Shown here: one piece after another, positions 36,684 to 46,182 of the stretch
Numbering within the stretch: position 1 is the first letter of the stretch
How the letters are laid out: each line of letters begins with the position of its first letter
Notes under the pieces: model-generated
Databases searched by the model: none
What the model was told of the DNA's origin: nothing
The model's input: only the letters and a program-made list of their open reading frames with translations
Translations under genes and position numbers: made by a program
Source: Capsulimonadaceae bacterium
GTDB taxonomy: Bacteria > Armatimonadota > Armatimonadia > Armatimonadales > Capsulimonadaceae
Direction of reading: 5' to 3'
Length of the DNA: 64,000 nt
Assembly (NCBI GenBank): GCA_965215505.1
Contig: OZ244065.1
Coordinates: forward strand, 96,001-160,000

Positions 36684-38397
36684 GCCCGCCTCCACTCACT
36701 ACGCCTTTGCCGCCCATCATCAGGCCCAATGTCTCGCGCGGCGTGTCCGGCGGGACGACGCCGACGATGCGGCCCTCGTACAGCACGGCGATCCGTGTGC
36801 TGAGGGCGATCACCTCGTCAAGCTCGGTCGAGATCAGAACCGTCGCGCCCCCGTCCGCCGCCCGCGCCCGCAGCTTGGCGTGGACGTAGCCCGTCGCGGC
36901 CACATCCAGCCCGCGCGTCGGGCTGACGGCGACCAATAATGCGGGCTTGCGCCACAGCGCGCGGGCGATGACGATCTTCTGCTGGTTGCCGCCCGAGAGC
37001 GACCGGGCGGGGAGATTGAGGTCGGAGGCGCGGATGTCGAAGTCGCGGGCGAGTTCGCCGGCAAAAGCGGCCAGCCCCCGCCGGTCCAGGAACAGGCCGC
37101 CGACCCCGCGCCGGAAGCGCGGCAGCCGGGCGGCTTCCAGAGTGAGGTTGTCGGTGATCGAGAGCGTCAGGGCCAGCCCTTCTGTATGCCGGTCCGGTGG
37201 GATCAGGGCGATGCCGAGTCGCTCCAGATCGCGCGGACGGAGTCGGGCGATGTCCTGTCCATTCAATGCCATCTGCCCGCCGGTCCAGGGCCGCAGGCCG
37301 GTCAGCGCGCCGGCCAGTTCCGCCTGCCCATTGCCGTCCACGCCGGCGAACCCCAACGTCTCGCCCGGCCGGAGCGAGAACGTCAGCCCGCATAGGGCCA
37401 CGGCATCCGGGCCGCCCTGCGTGGAAAGGTCGGTGACAGCAAGGACAGACGCCCCATTCCGGTCCATCGTAGGGGCGCCGCTTGCTGCGCCCTCTTCTCT
37501 TGCCGCGCCCTCGTCTACCATCACACCCGCAGACAAGGAGGGCGCGGCAAGCGGCGCACCTACGAGGATGTTACCGCCGCCCACCATCCGCCGCGCCAGG
37601 TATTCGGGGCTGGTGTCGGCGACGGCGACCGTACCGACGGCGCGGCCCCGGCGCAGGACAGTGACGCGGTCGCACAGCGCCATGACCTCGTTCAGCTTGT
37701 GCGAGACGAACACGAGCGACCGACCCTCATCACGCAGAGCGCGCAGGACGGTGAACAGCTCGCCGATCTCCGTGGGCGCGAGGACGGCGGTCGGCTCATC
37801 GAAGAGCAGGATGCGCGCGTTGCCCAGCAGCGCCTTCAATATCTCCACCCGCTGCTGCGTCCCCACCGGCAGGTCGGCAACGCGGGCGTTCAGGGGGATC
37901 GCCCAGCCGAGCCGCTGCGCGATGTTGCGCGCCTCGCGCAGCGGCGGGCGTCGGTCAAGTGAGGCCAGGGCCAGGTTCTCGGCGACAGTGAACGGGGGGA
38001 CGAGCAGGAAGTGCTGATGCACCATGCCGATGCCCGCCTGCGCGGCGTCCTGGGGGGAGGCAAAGCGGGCCGAATGTCCGTCCAGCATGATCGTCCCCGC
38101 CGTCGGCGGCGTCAGGCCGCGCAGGACGTTCATCAGCGTGGACTTGCCCGCGCCGTTCTCGCCGAGAAGGGCGTGGATCTCGCCGGGCGCGAGGTCAAAG
38201 TCAACGCAGTCGAGGGCGGTGACGTCGCCGAAGCGCTTGGTGATGCCGCGCATGGAAAGGGCGGAAGGGGAAGGCAAGAGGGAAGGGTGGGAGGTGGCAG
38301 AAGGGCGGGGGGACCCCGCCCCTACGGAATGACCGTGTAGGGGCGGGGTCCCCCCGCCCTCCCTCATGCCCGGCCCGTCCGGGGACGTTCCTGCCAT
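36676..38397 (-). CDS. Nucleoside/BMP-type ABC transporter ATP-binding protein, carrying REP-derived in-frame insertions
   Basis: GENGAGKST, QQRVEILKAL, DEPTAVL, LSGGNQQK, PTRGLDV. Confidence 0.93.
   Translation of the reverse strand: MAGTSPDGPGMREGGGTPPLHGHSVGAGSPRPSATSHPSLLPSPSALSMRGITKRFGDVTALDCVDFDLAPGEIHALLGENGAGKSTLMNVLRGLTPPTAGTIMLDGHSARFASPQDAAQAGIGMVHQHFLLVPPFTVAENLALASLDRRPPLREARNIAQRLGWAIPLNARVADLPVGTQQRVEILKALLGNARILLFDEPTAVLAPTEIGELFTVLRALRDEGRSLVFVSHKLNEVMALCDRVTVLRRGRAVGTVAVADTSPEYLARRMVGGGNILVGAPLAAPSLSAGVMVDEGAAREEGAASGAPTMDRNGASVLAVTDLSTQGGPDAVALCGLTFSLRPGETLGFAGVDGNGQAELAGALTGLRPWTGGQMALNGQDIARLRPRDLERLGIALIPPDRHTEGLALTLSITDNLTLEAARLPRFRRGVGGLFLDRRGLAAFAGELARDFDIRASDLNLPARSLSGGNQQKIVIARALWRKPALLVAVSPTRGLDVAATGYVHAKLRARAADGGATVLISTELDEVIALSTRIAVLYEGRIVGVVPPDTPRETLGLMMGGKGVVSGGGHG
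37469..37563. repeat. GTAG-type REP doublet inside the ABC ATPase CDS
   Basis: GTAGGGGCGCCGCTTGCTGCGCCC with an inverted copy (22/24) ending in CCTAC, plus a partial third copy. Confidence 0.85.
38303..38359. repeat. GTAG-type REP pair at the 5' end of the ABC ATPase CDS
   Basis: Perfect 23-bp inverted repeat GTAGGGGCGGGGTCCCCCCGCCC. Confidence 0.85.
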
Positions 38398-38399
38398 GC

Positions 38400-39434
38400 C
38401 TACGACCCGGCCACGGACAGCTTGCCCGCCGCAATGTCCTTCGACGCCTGCTGGATCTTCGCCTTGCCGGCGGCGGGGATGACGGACGCCAGCGCGGGGT
38501 TGTCAATGAGGCGCACGTCGTTTTCTTTCAGCCCCAGCGGCAGCGCCTGGCCCTTGAAGGTGCCGTTCTTGACCGATGTGGCGACATCCAAAAACGCTTT
38601 GGGGACATCGAGGAAGACCGATGAAAGGACGTTGGACGCCTTCTTGTTCTCGTCGGCGTTGACGCCGAAGGTGTAGACGCCGGGCTTGCCGCCCGCCGTC
38701 TGGAACATGCCCGCCGCCGCCGCATCGCAGTTGTGCGCGATGGTGTCCGCGCCGCTGGTCAGCAGGGCGTCCGTCTGGGCCTTCGCCGCGCTCGTGTCCG
38801 ACCAGCCGTTGATGTAGGTCGTCTTGAACGTGTACCCGGCGTTGACCGCCTTGGCACCCTGCGCGAAGGCGTCGGCGGCGCGCTTGACCGGGGGCAGTTC
38901 TTGGCCGCCGATGAAGCCGCCCTTGCCGGTCTTGGAGACCATCCCGGCCTCCATCCCCTGCAAATAGGTTCCCTCCTCGGTGGAGAAGTGCAGGGCGGTC
39001 AGGTTCGGGGCCGTGCTGTCGCCGCCAGTCGTCACGAACACGACCTTGGGGAACTGTGCGGCGACCTTCGCCGCTGCCGGTCCGAACTCATCGCCGTGCG
39101 CGAAGATGAGGGTATAGCCTTGCTGTGCGTAATCACGGAACGCGCCTTCGAAGGCGTCCGGCTTCAGGTTCTCCTGCTTGGCGACCTGCGCGCCCAGGGT
39201 CTTCTGAATACGCTGAAGCCCCTCATACGCCGACTGGTTCCAACCGCCGTCGGTGACGGGGCCGGTCGTCAGCAGAGCGACTTTCATCGTCCCGGTGACG
39301 GGCGGGAGGGGGGGCGCGTCAGCTTGCGTGGCCCGGCCGGATGTTGTGGACGGCGCGTTTGTTTGATGGCATCCGGCGGCGAGCAAGGTGAAGGAAGCAA
39401 GCATGGCGCAGGGAATGAGGCGCGGGGTGTTCAA
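38400..39434 (-). CDS. BMP family ABC substrate-binding lipoprotein
   Basis: Lipobox LAAGC, GPVTDGGWNQSAYEG, GFIGG; TTG start with AAGGA upstream. Confidence 0.92.
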   Translation of the reverse strand: MNTPRLIPCAMLASFTLLAAGCHQTNAPSTTSGRATQADAPPLPPVTGTMKVALLTTGPVTDGGWNQSAYEGLQRIQKTLGAQVAKQENLKPDAFEGAFRDYAQQGYTLIFAHGDEFGPAAAKVAAQFPKVVFVTTGGDSTAPNLTALHFSTEEGTYLQGMEAGMVSKTGKGGFIGGQELPPVKRAADAFAQGAKAVNAGYTFKTTYINGWSDTSAAKAQTDALLTSGADTIAHNCDAAAAGMFQTAGGKPGVYTFGVNADENKKASNVLSSVFLDVPKAFLDVATSVKNGTFKGQALPLGLKENDVRLIDNPALASVIPAAGKAKIQQASKDIAAGKLSVAGS

Positions 39435-39468
39435 TAACGATTCCTTTTCTAATGACCTGCTGGCGGTC

Positions 39469-39602
39469 GCCACGGGTTGAAACCCGAGGCTGAGAAGTGC
39501 CCAGCGTCCAGGGGACGCAAGAATGGCAGAGGCTTCGGAGCGGCCCTTTCTTTTGTCCCTTGGACAGCGGGCTTTTCAGAGCCTCGGGTTTCAACCCATG
39601 GC
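39469..39602. repeat. REPIN-like palindromic element
   Basis: Terminal inverted repeat GCCACGGGTTGAAACCCGAGGCT (22/23), with inner GTCCAGGGGAC/GTCCCTTGGAC arms. Confidence 0.85.
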
Positions 39603-39604
39603 AT

Positions 39605-39823
39605 CTACCGGACGCGCATAAAATGCATCCCAAGTGGCGAGGCCAGGTTAAGTCCCTGCTCCCACTGCTCCTGCTTCAGTAGGCTCTCGCCCACCTTCTG
39701 ACACACGGAACATAGGAACTTGACATAGACAAAATACGGCCCGACCATGCGCTCGTAGAACTTGAAGGTGATTAGGTCTGCTGGCCGGATGATCTCGCCG
39801 CAACTACATATCGGCTCACTCAT
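39605..39823 (-). CDS. Small Cys-motif (CxC...CxxC) zinc-ribbon-like protein
   Basis: MSEPICSCG...FLCSVC; GAGG RBS; follows the HIT gene. Confidence 0.7.
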   Translation of the reverse strand: MSEPICSCGEIIRPADLITFKFYERMVGPYFVYVKFLCSVCQKVGESLLKQEQWEQGLNLASPLGMHFMRVR

Positions 39824-39846
39824 GTTGCCTCTAAAACCTCCTGTGC

Positions 39847-40191
39847 CTATCCCGGCGGCCACGTCAGGTGCCGACCGCCTAAAACGTGCAGGTGCAGATG
39901 GTCCACGGATTGCCCGCCGTCTTTGCCGACGTTGACGACGACGCGGAAGCCGTCTTCGGCCAGGCCCAGGGTGCGGGCGACGTGGACGGCGGCCTGCATG
40001 AGCTGGCCGAGCAATAGGGTGTGGTCGGGCGTGGCGTCGAGCAGGTTGACAAGCGGCTCTTTGGGGATGACTAAAATGTGCGTCGGGGCCTGCGGGGCGA
40101 CATCGCGGAAGGCGAGGACTTGGTCGTCTTCGTAGACGATGTCGGCGGGGATCTCACGCCGAATGATCTTGTCAAAAATCGTGTCCGGCAT
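39847..40191 (-). CDS. hinT: Histidine triad nucleotide-binding protein
   Basis: [29 protein letters not shown]...WPPG. Confidence 0.95.
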   Translation of the reverse strand: MPDTIFDKIIRREIPADIVYEDDQVLAFRDVAPQAPTHILVIPKEPLVNLLDATPDHTLLLGQLMQAAVHVARTLGLAEDGFRVVVNVGKDGGQSVDHLHLHVLGGRHLTWPPG

Positions 40192-41559
40192 CTATGCCTC
40201 CAGGTGGCCGAAGGCGTCGCCGCCCGGCAGGATGTCGGTCAGCTTCACGGGGACGAGCTGGCCGCGCAGGGGGGCGGGTGCCTCGAACTGCACCCGGACG
40301 TAGTTGCCGGTGTAGCCGGACAGCCAGCCGTCTTTCGCGCCTTTGGCTTCGACAAGCACCTCCACGGTCTGCCCCACATCGCCCGCTGCGAAGGCTTCCT
40401 GGCTCGCCACGCAGACCGCGGTGAGTTCGCGATGACGGCGCTCTTTTTCCTCATGGGGAACGTCGTCCTTGAGCTGTTCCGCCGCCGTGCGCTGCCGGGG
40501 CGAGTAGCGGAAGACGTGCGTCCGGGCGAAGCGCATCCGTTCGGCGAAGGCGACGGTATTCTCGAACAGGGCGCGCGTCTCGCCGGGGTAGCCGACAATC
40601 AGGTCCGTGGTCAGGCCGATGCGCGGCATCAGGGCGCGCAGCTTGTCCACGGTCTCGGCGAAGAAGCGGGTGTCATAGGGCCGGTTCATGGCCTTCAAGA
40701 TGGTGTCGTCACCGCTCTGTAACGACAGGTGCAGGTGGGGCGCGATGCTGGGGTGGGCGGCCATGGCGTCAATCAGTTTGTCGGGGATCTCGATGGGCTG
40801 GACGGAGGACAGGCGGACGCGGGCGATGCCCTCGATGTCCGCGACCGCGACCAGCACATCAGCAAGGTCAGGCCCGCCGCTGCCGGTGTCCGGGCCGTAG
40901 GCCCCGACGCAGACGCCGGTGACGACAACCTCTTTTGCCCCTGCTGAGGCCATCGCCCGCGCCTCGGCCAGCACGTCGGCGAAGGGGCGGCTCGCCATGA
41001 CGTTACGGGTGAAGGGGATGGAGCAGAAGCCGCAGAAGTACTGGCAGCCGTCCTGCACCTTCAGCGTCGCCCGCGTCCGGTGCAGCCCGGCGGGGCGCGG
41101 CAGCAGCGACTCGGACGAGATCAGGCCCTGGGGCGCGGCCTCGGGGAACACGGCCAGCCCCGCCCCAGACTTCGGGATGGGATGCGAGGCGGGCGAGGAC
41201 GAATACTGCATCAGGTCGGGGAAGGCGGCTAACACATGGGAGGCCGTCCGCATCTTCTCCGAGTTCGGCACCAGCAGGGCCGCGCCGTCTACGGCCTCGC
41301 CGGTGTCCAAAGCCATCTGGGCGAAGCAGCCGGTCAGGACGACACGCGCGCCCTCCTTCTGCCGGGCCGCGCGCCGGGCCATCTGCCGTGATTTGCGGTC
41401 GGCGTCCGCCGTGACCGAGCAGGTGTTGATGACGTACACGTCGGCGGGTTCGCGGAAGTCGGCCAGCACAAACCCCAGCGCTTCAAAGCTCTCGGCCAGC
41501 CGCTCGGTCTCGTATTGGTTGACTTTGCAGCCCAGATTCGTGAATGCGGCGGTCGGCAT
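40192..41559 (-). CDS. mtaB: tRNA t6A37 methylthiotransferase
   Basis: LGCKVNQYE, INTCSVT..ADRKSR, KVQDGCQYFCGFC radical-SAM motif, HVFRYSPR, GYTGNY, TRAM domain. Confidence 0.93.
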   Translation of the reverse strand: MPTAAFTNLGCKVNQYETERLAESFEALGFVLADFREPADVYVINTCSVTADADRKSRQMARRAARQKEGARVVLTGCFAQMALDTGEAVDGAALLVPNSEKMRTASHVLAAFPDLMQYSSSPASHPIPKSGAGLAVFPEAAPQGLISSESLLPRPAGLHRTRATLKVQDGCQYFCGFCSIPFTRNVMASRPFADVLAEARAMASAGAKEVVVTGVCVGAYGPDTGSGGPDLADVLVAVADIEGIARVRLSSVQPIEIPDKLIDAMAAHPSIAPHLHLSLQSGDDTILKAMNRPYDTRFFAETVDKLRALMPRIGLTTDLIVGYPGETRALFENTVAFAERMRFARTHVFRYSPRQRTAAEQLKDDVPHEEKERRHRELTAVCVASQEAFAAGDVGQTVEVLVEAKGAKDGWLSGYTGNYVRVQFEAPAPLRGQLVPVKLTDILPGGDAFGHLEA

Positions 41560-41569
41560 GATGTCCGAA

Positions 41570-41599
41570 AGTGTACCGTAATCCCCTAAGCGCTGTCAA
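41570..41599 (-). promoter_or_regulatory. sigma70-type promoter of mtaB
   Basis: TTGACA-18 nt-TACACT, 10 nt before the ATG. Confidence 0.6.
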
Positions 41600-41642
41600 G
41601 CAGGCGGATTGGGTATACACGCGGGTAAAGGAGAACTATTCC

Positions 41643-41990
41643 ATGGACACACAAGGTTTGCCGCGCGAAGAATGGGGCGCGTTTTTTGACGACCTGAGCC
41701 GCGAGTTCGAATTGGGGCTGGTCACGGTGGAGGTGAGCGGCGACGCCCTGCCGCATGTCGTTCTTGTCGAGGGCCTGCCGCTGCTCGGCATCACGCTCAA
41801 CACGAAAGGCAGTGACGCCGGCAGCATCACGATCATGGCTGGGCAGGACGCGGACACGACCATCTCGCACACCGTCGCCGGCCCGACCCAGGTGAACGTC
41901 GCCCGCGACGCCCACGGCGCGGTGGCCGCCGTCCAGATAGACGCGCCCGACCCGGCGCAGACCCGCATCCACTTCCTGTCGGCAACATAG
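41643..41990 (+). CDS. DUF5335 family protein
   Basis: PREEWGAFFDDLSR...VTVEV...LPLLGIT...HTVAGP pattern; AAGGAG RBS. Confidence 0.75.
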   Translation: MDTQGLPREEWGAFFDDLSREFELGLVTVEVSGDALPHVVLVEGLPLLGITLNTKGSDAGSITIMAGQDADTTISHTVAGPTQVNVARDAHGAVAAVQIDAPDPAQTRIHFLSAT

Positions 41991-42000
41991 AACGGACAGG

Positions 42001-42050
42001 AAAAAGCCCGCCGCCCCGTGCCTGTGTTCAGGCGGGTGCGGCGGGCTTTT
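42001..42050. terminator. Bidirectional terminator
   Basis: AAAAAGCCCGCCGC...GCGGCGGGCTTTT between convergent genes. Confidence 0.75.
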
Positions 42051-42067
42051 CTGATCTCCCGTCGGCC

Positions 42068-44248
42068 CTACTTGATGAACATCATCTCCTGGTAGGTCGG
42101 CAGCGGCCACAGCTCGTCGGAAACGATGCCTTCGAGGGCATCGGCGGCGACGCGGGTCTGCAACATGGCCGGGAGGACCTTGTCGCGGAAGTGCAGCGCG
42201 TGGGCCTTGGTGTCGTCGCTGCCCTCGTGGCCCAGTTCGTGTTCCAGGGATGAGATGCCCGCCTCCAGGTCGCTGGAGAGAGCGAGGACGCTGTCCAGCA
42301 GGGTCGTACTCGGGTCCTTGCCGATTGATTTAAGGTTCATGGCGAGGGTCGAGAGCTGCGTCTGGTAGGTCAGCGCGGCGGGCAGGATCTTGGTCTTCGC
42401 GATCTCCAAGGCGAGCTGCGCCTCCATGTTAACGTCGAGGCAGTACCGCTCCAGGGCGATCTCGTACCGGCTCCGCAGCTCTCGCTCAGACAGGACGCCG
42501 TACTTGCCCAGCACGGCGACGTTCTCCGGGTCGGTCAGGGCGGGCAGGGCGTCCAGGGTGTTGCGGAGGTTCGGCAGGCCGCGCGTTTCGGCCTCCTGGT
42601 GCCAATCGGTGGAGTAGCCGTTGCCGCCGAAGACGACCGCGCTGTGTTCCACGGCGATGCCTTGCAGCACCTTCTGGACGGCCGCGTTCAGTTTGCTCGG
42701 GTCGCCCGCCGTCTCCTTTTCGAGTTCGGTCGCGACGAAGTCCAGCGAGTCGGCGACGATGCAGTTCATCACCACGAGCGGCCATGCGATGGACTGGTTG
42801 GACCCGACGGCGCGGAACTCGAAGCGGTTGCCGGTGAAGGCAAACGGGCTGGTGCGGTTCCGGTCCCCGGCGTGCCGGGGGAGGGTCGGCAGCGTGTCCA
42901 CCCCGACCGTCAGCGTGCCGGCCTTCTTGGAAGAGGTGGCCGCGCCTTCTTTGAGTTGGTTGAACACGTCCTCGAGCTGCTCGCCGAGGAAGATGGACAT
43001 GATCGCAGGCGGTGCCTCGTTCGCGCCCAGCCGGTGGTCGTTCCCCGCCGAGGCGACCGAGGCCCGGAGGAGGGTCGAGTACTTGTGGACGGCGCGGATG
43101 GTGGCGAGGCAGAAGACCAGGAACTGGGCGTTCTCGTGCGGCGTGTCGCCCGGATCGAGCAGGTTGCCGACCTTGCCGCCGAGCGACCAGTTGACGTGCT
43201 TGCCCGACCCGTTGACGCCCGCGAAGGGCTTCTCGTGCAGCAGGCAGGCCAGGCCGTATTTGGTGGCGACCCGCTGGAGCTGCTGCATGATGATGTGCTG
43301 ATGATCGTGGCCGAGGTTCGCGCTCTCATAAACGGGCGCGATCTCGAACTGGCCCGGCGCGACCTCATTGTGGCGAGTCTTGATGGGGATGCCCTGCTTG
43401 TAGAACTCGTGTTCCGCCTCCATCATGAAAGCCAGGACGCGCTCGGGGATCGCGCCGAAGTAGTGGTCCTCGAACTCCTGCCCCTTGGGCGGGTTGGCCC
43501 CGAAGAGGGTGCGCCCGGCGTTCAGAAGGTCGGGGCGGGCGAAGAAGAAGTTGCGGTCGATCAGGAAATACTCCTGCTCGGGTCCGGCCGAGGCGGTGAC
43601 CATGCCGGGGTCGCGGTGGCCGAACAGCTTCAGGATGCGCTGCGCCTGCACGTTGAGCGCCTGCATGGAGCGCAGCAGCGGCGTCTTGTGGTCCAGCGCC
43701 TCGCCCGTCCAGGAGATGAAGACGGTCGGGATGCAGAGCGTGTTGCCGTTGGGGTTCTCGGAGATGTAGGCGGGGGAGGTGACGTCCCAGGCCGTGTAGC
43801 CGCGCGCTTCAAAGGTGGAGCGGATGCCGCCCGACGGGAAACTGGAGGCGTCCGGCTCGGCCTGGATCAGCGCACTGCCGGAGAACTGGGCGATCGTGCC
43901 GCCCGCCCCGTCCGGGTCAAAGAAGCTGTCGTGCTTCTCCGCCGTCAGGCCGGTCAGCGGATAGAAGACGTGCGTGAAGTGCGTGGCCCCCTTGTCGAGC
44001 GCCCAGGTCTTCATCGCCGAGGCGACCTCATCCGCGACCGTGGGGTCGAGCTTTTCGCCCCGCTCGATCGTCTTCTGGAGCGCCTTGTAGACGGGCTTGG
44101 CGAGCATCTCGCGCATCATCTTGTCGTTGAAGACGTTCGTGCCGTAGAGCGACCGGGAGGTCTCGCCTTCGAGGTCAATGGCGTCCACGGGGGGCTTGTA
44201 GTTGATGACTGCTGAGATGGCTTCCTGCCGTCCGGTCGTTGAGTTCAT
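42068..44248 (-). CDS. Glutamine synthetase type III
   Basis: [71 protein letters not shown]. Confidence 0.97.
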   Translation of the reverse strand: MNSTTGRQEAISAVINYKPPVDAIDLEGETSRSLYGTNVFNDKMMREMLAKPVYKALQKTIERGEKLDPTVADEVASAMKTWALDKGATHFTHVFYPLTGLTAEKHDSFFDPDGAGGTIAQFSGSALIQAEPDASSFPSGGIRSTFEARGYTAWDVTSPAYISENPNGNTLCIPTVFISWTGEALDHKTPLLRSMQALNVQAQRILKLFGHRDPGMVTASAGPEQEYFLIDRNFFFARPDLLNAGRTLFGANPPKGQEFEDHYFGAIPERVLAFMMEAEHEFYKQGIPIKTRHNEVAPGQFEIAPVYESANLGHDHQHIIMQQLQRVATKYGLACLLHEKPFAGVNGSGKHVNWSLGGKVGNLLDPGDTPHENAQFLVFCLATIRAVHKYSTLLRASVASAGNDHRLGANEAPPAIMSIFLGEQLEDVFNQLKEGAATSSKKAGTLTVGVDTLPTLPRHAGDRNRTSPFAFTGNRFEFRAVGSNQSIAWPLVVMNCIVADSLDFVATELEKETAGDPSKLNAAVQKVLQGIAVEHSAVVFGGNGYSTDWHQEAETRGLPNLRNTLDALPALTDPENVAVLGKYGVLSERELRSRYEIALERYCLDVNMEAQLALEIAKTKILPAALTYQTQLSTLAMNLKSIGKDPSTTLLDSVLALSSDLEAGISSLEHELGHEGSDDTKAHALHFRDKVLPAMLQTRVAADALEGIVSDELWPLPTYQEMMFIK

Positions 44249-44321
44249 TGCTGGTGTCTCTCCTTCTGAGGGCTTGAGGGTGTGCGATACGCATTCCGAC
44301 GATCTTGCACGAGGGCGGCAG

Positions 44322-44381
44322 AAAAAAGCCACGGGCCAAAGACGCTCTCCGGGGGTGGGGAAGCGTTTGGCCCGTGGCTTT
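44322..44381 (-). terminator. Terminator/attenuator hairpin in the GS III leader
   Basis: AAAGCCACGGGCCAAA...TTTGGCCCGTGGCTTT followed by further Ts. Confidence 0.8.
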
Positions 44382-44424
44382 CATAGCCTTGGTGGGACGG
44401 CGTGGTCCGACCGAACGGTGGCGT

Positions 44425-44454
44425 ATGATAGCATTTGAATTCGGCCCCTGTCAA
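44425..44454 (-). promoter_or_regulatory. sigma70-type promoter upstream of GS III
   Basis: TTGACA-18 nt-TATCAT with TG extension. Confidence 0.65.
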
Positions 44455-44477
44455 CTCCCAGGCGGCCTGCCTGCTCT

Positions 44478-45896
44478 CTACGCATCGTAGTACAGGAAGA
44501 ACTCGTAGGGGTGGGGGCGCAGGGCCACGCCCTCGACCTCGCGGACGCGCTTGTAGCTGATGTAAGTCTCGATCAGCGACTTCGTGAACACGTCGCCTTT
44601 CAGCAGGAATTCGTGGTCGGCCTCCAGGGCGGCCAGCGACTCGGAGAACGTGCCGGGCGTCTGGGCGATGCTGGCCTTTTCTTCAGCGGCCAGCTCGTAG
44701 ATGTCCTTATCCACGGGCGGCGGCGGCTGGATCTTGTTTAGGATGCCGTCAATCCCCGCCATCGCCATGGCCGAGAACAGCAGGTAGGGGTTCGCGGTCG
44801 GGTCCGGGGCGCGGAACTCGACGCGCTTGGACTTGGGCGAGCCGGCGATTGGGATGCGGACGGCGGCGGAGCGGTTGCGGGCCGAGTAGACGAGGTTGAT
44901 CGGGGCCTCATAGCCCGGCACCAGGCGGCGGTAGGAGTTGGTGCTGGCCGCGCCGAAGGCCAGCAGGGCCGGCGCGTGCTTCAGGATGCCGCCGATGTAG
45001 TACACGGCCGTCTCGGACAGGCCGCCGTAGCCGGATGCGTCGTAGAAGATGTTGGCACCGCCCTTCCACATGGAGACGGACGTGTGCATGCCGGAGCCGT
45101 TGTCCTGGAAGATGGGTTTCGGCATGAACGTGGCGGTGTACCCGTTCTGGGCCGCCGTGTTCTTGACGATGTACTTGTGCATCAGGAGCTTGTCGGCCAT
45201 GTTGACCAGCGAGTCGAACTTGATGCCGATCTCGCACTGCCCCGCGTTACCCACCTCGTGGTGGTGAACGTCCACCTCGATGCCGGCTTCGAGCAGGGTC
45301 AGGACCATCTCGGAGCGCAGGTCGGCCAGGGTGTCCGAGGGCGGCACGGGGAAGTAGCCTTCTTTGGTCCGCATCTTGTAGCCCAGATTCGGCTTCTCGT
45401 CGCGGCCCGAGTTCCAGGCGGCCTCGTCGGAGTCAATCGCGTAGAAGCCGGAGTTCGCCGACTGGCCGTAACGGATGTCATTGAAGACGTAGAACTCCGC
45501 CTCGGGGCCGAAGTAGGCCACGTCGGCGATGCCCGTGGACTGGAGATAGGCCTCGGCCTTCTTGGCGATGTTGCGCGGGTCGCGCGGGTACTTCTCGCGC
45601 GTGATCGGGTCCTCGACGTCGGCGATGATGGACAGCGTCTTCACCTCAGTGAACGGGTCCAGGACGGCGGTGTCGGCGTCGGGAACTAAGAGCATGTCCG
45701 ACTCGTCAATGGTCTGGAACCCGCGGACCGAGGAGCCGTCGAACGGCAGGCCGACGGTGAAGACTTCTTCCTCGAAACGGTGCGCGGGCAGCGTGAAGTG
45801 CTGCCAGGTGCCGGGAACATCAATGAACTTGACGTCCACGAATTTGACGTCGTTGTCCTTGATCAAGGTCAGCACGTCCTGGGGTGTCTTTGCCAT
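44478..45896 (-). CDS. glnA: Glutamine synthetase type I
   Basis: [63 protein letters not shown] adenylylation-site-like motif. Confidence 0.98.
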   Translation of the reverse strand: MAKTPQDVLTLIKDNDVKFVDVKFIDVPGTWQHFTLPAHRFEEEVFTVGLPFDGSSVRGFQTIDESDMLLVPDADTAVLDPFTEVKTLSIIADVEDPITREKYPRDPRNIAKKAEAYLQSTGIADVAYFGPEAEFYVFNDIRYGQSANSGFYAIDSDEAAWNSGRDEKPNLGYKMRTKEGYFPVPPSDTLADLRSEMVLTLLEAGIEVDVHHHEVGNAGQCEIGIKFDSLVNMADKLLMHKYIVKNTAAQNGYTATFMPKPIFQDNGSGMHTSVSMWKGGANIFYDASGYGGLSETAVYYIGGILKHAPALLAFGAASTNSYRRLVPGYEAPINLVYSARNRSAAVRIPIAGSPKSKRVEFRAPDPTANPYLLFSAMAMAGIDGILNKIQPPPPVDKDIYELAAEEKASIAQTPGTFSESLAALEADHEFLLKGDVFTKSLIETYISYKRVREVEGVALRPHPYEFFLYYDA

Positions 45897-46013
45897 TGAG
45901 TGGTGTGATCTCCTTGGTGGTGTGTCTCGGATGGTGGTTCCTTATGGTTCGTTCCTGAGTGCGAGTGTTTGCCGAGACCGGGATGCGGCTGTGTGCTGTG
46001 AGCGGGCGGACAC

Positions 46014-46147
46014 AAAAAAAGCTGTCGGAGGCATCCTGCAAAGCGCCTGAACATGCAAACTTTAGGGTATATTCGCATGAAAACCGCACGGGAACAACGC
46101 TGTTCCGTCCGGAGGCCACCTGCCGACAGCCGGCCTGGGGTCGTTGA
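46014..46147 (-). ncRNA. Candidate structured cis-regulatory leader RNA of glnA
   Basis: Long-range stem GCTGTCGG/CCGACAGC immediately followed by T7, enclosing several hairpins; folded by eye. Confidence 0.5.
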
Positions 46148-46153
46148 GCCTCT

Positions 46154-46182
46154 AGTATACAAAAAAACGAGTACCCTGTCAA
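46154..46182 (-). promoter_or_regulatory. sigma70 promoter of glnA
   Basis: TTGACA-17 nt-TATACT. Confidence 0.8.
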
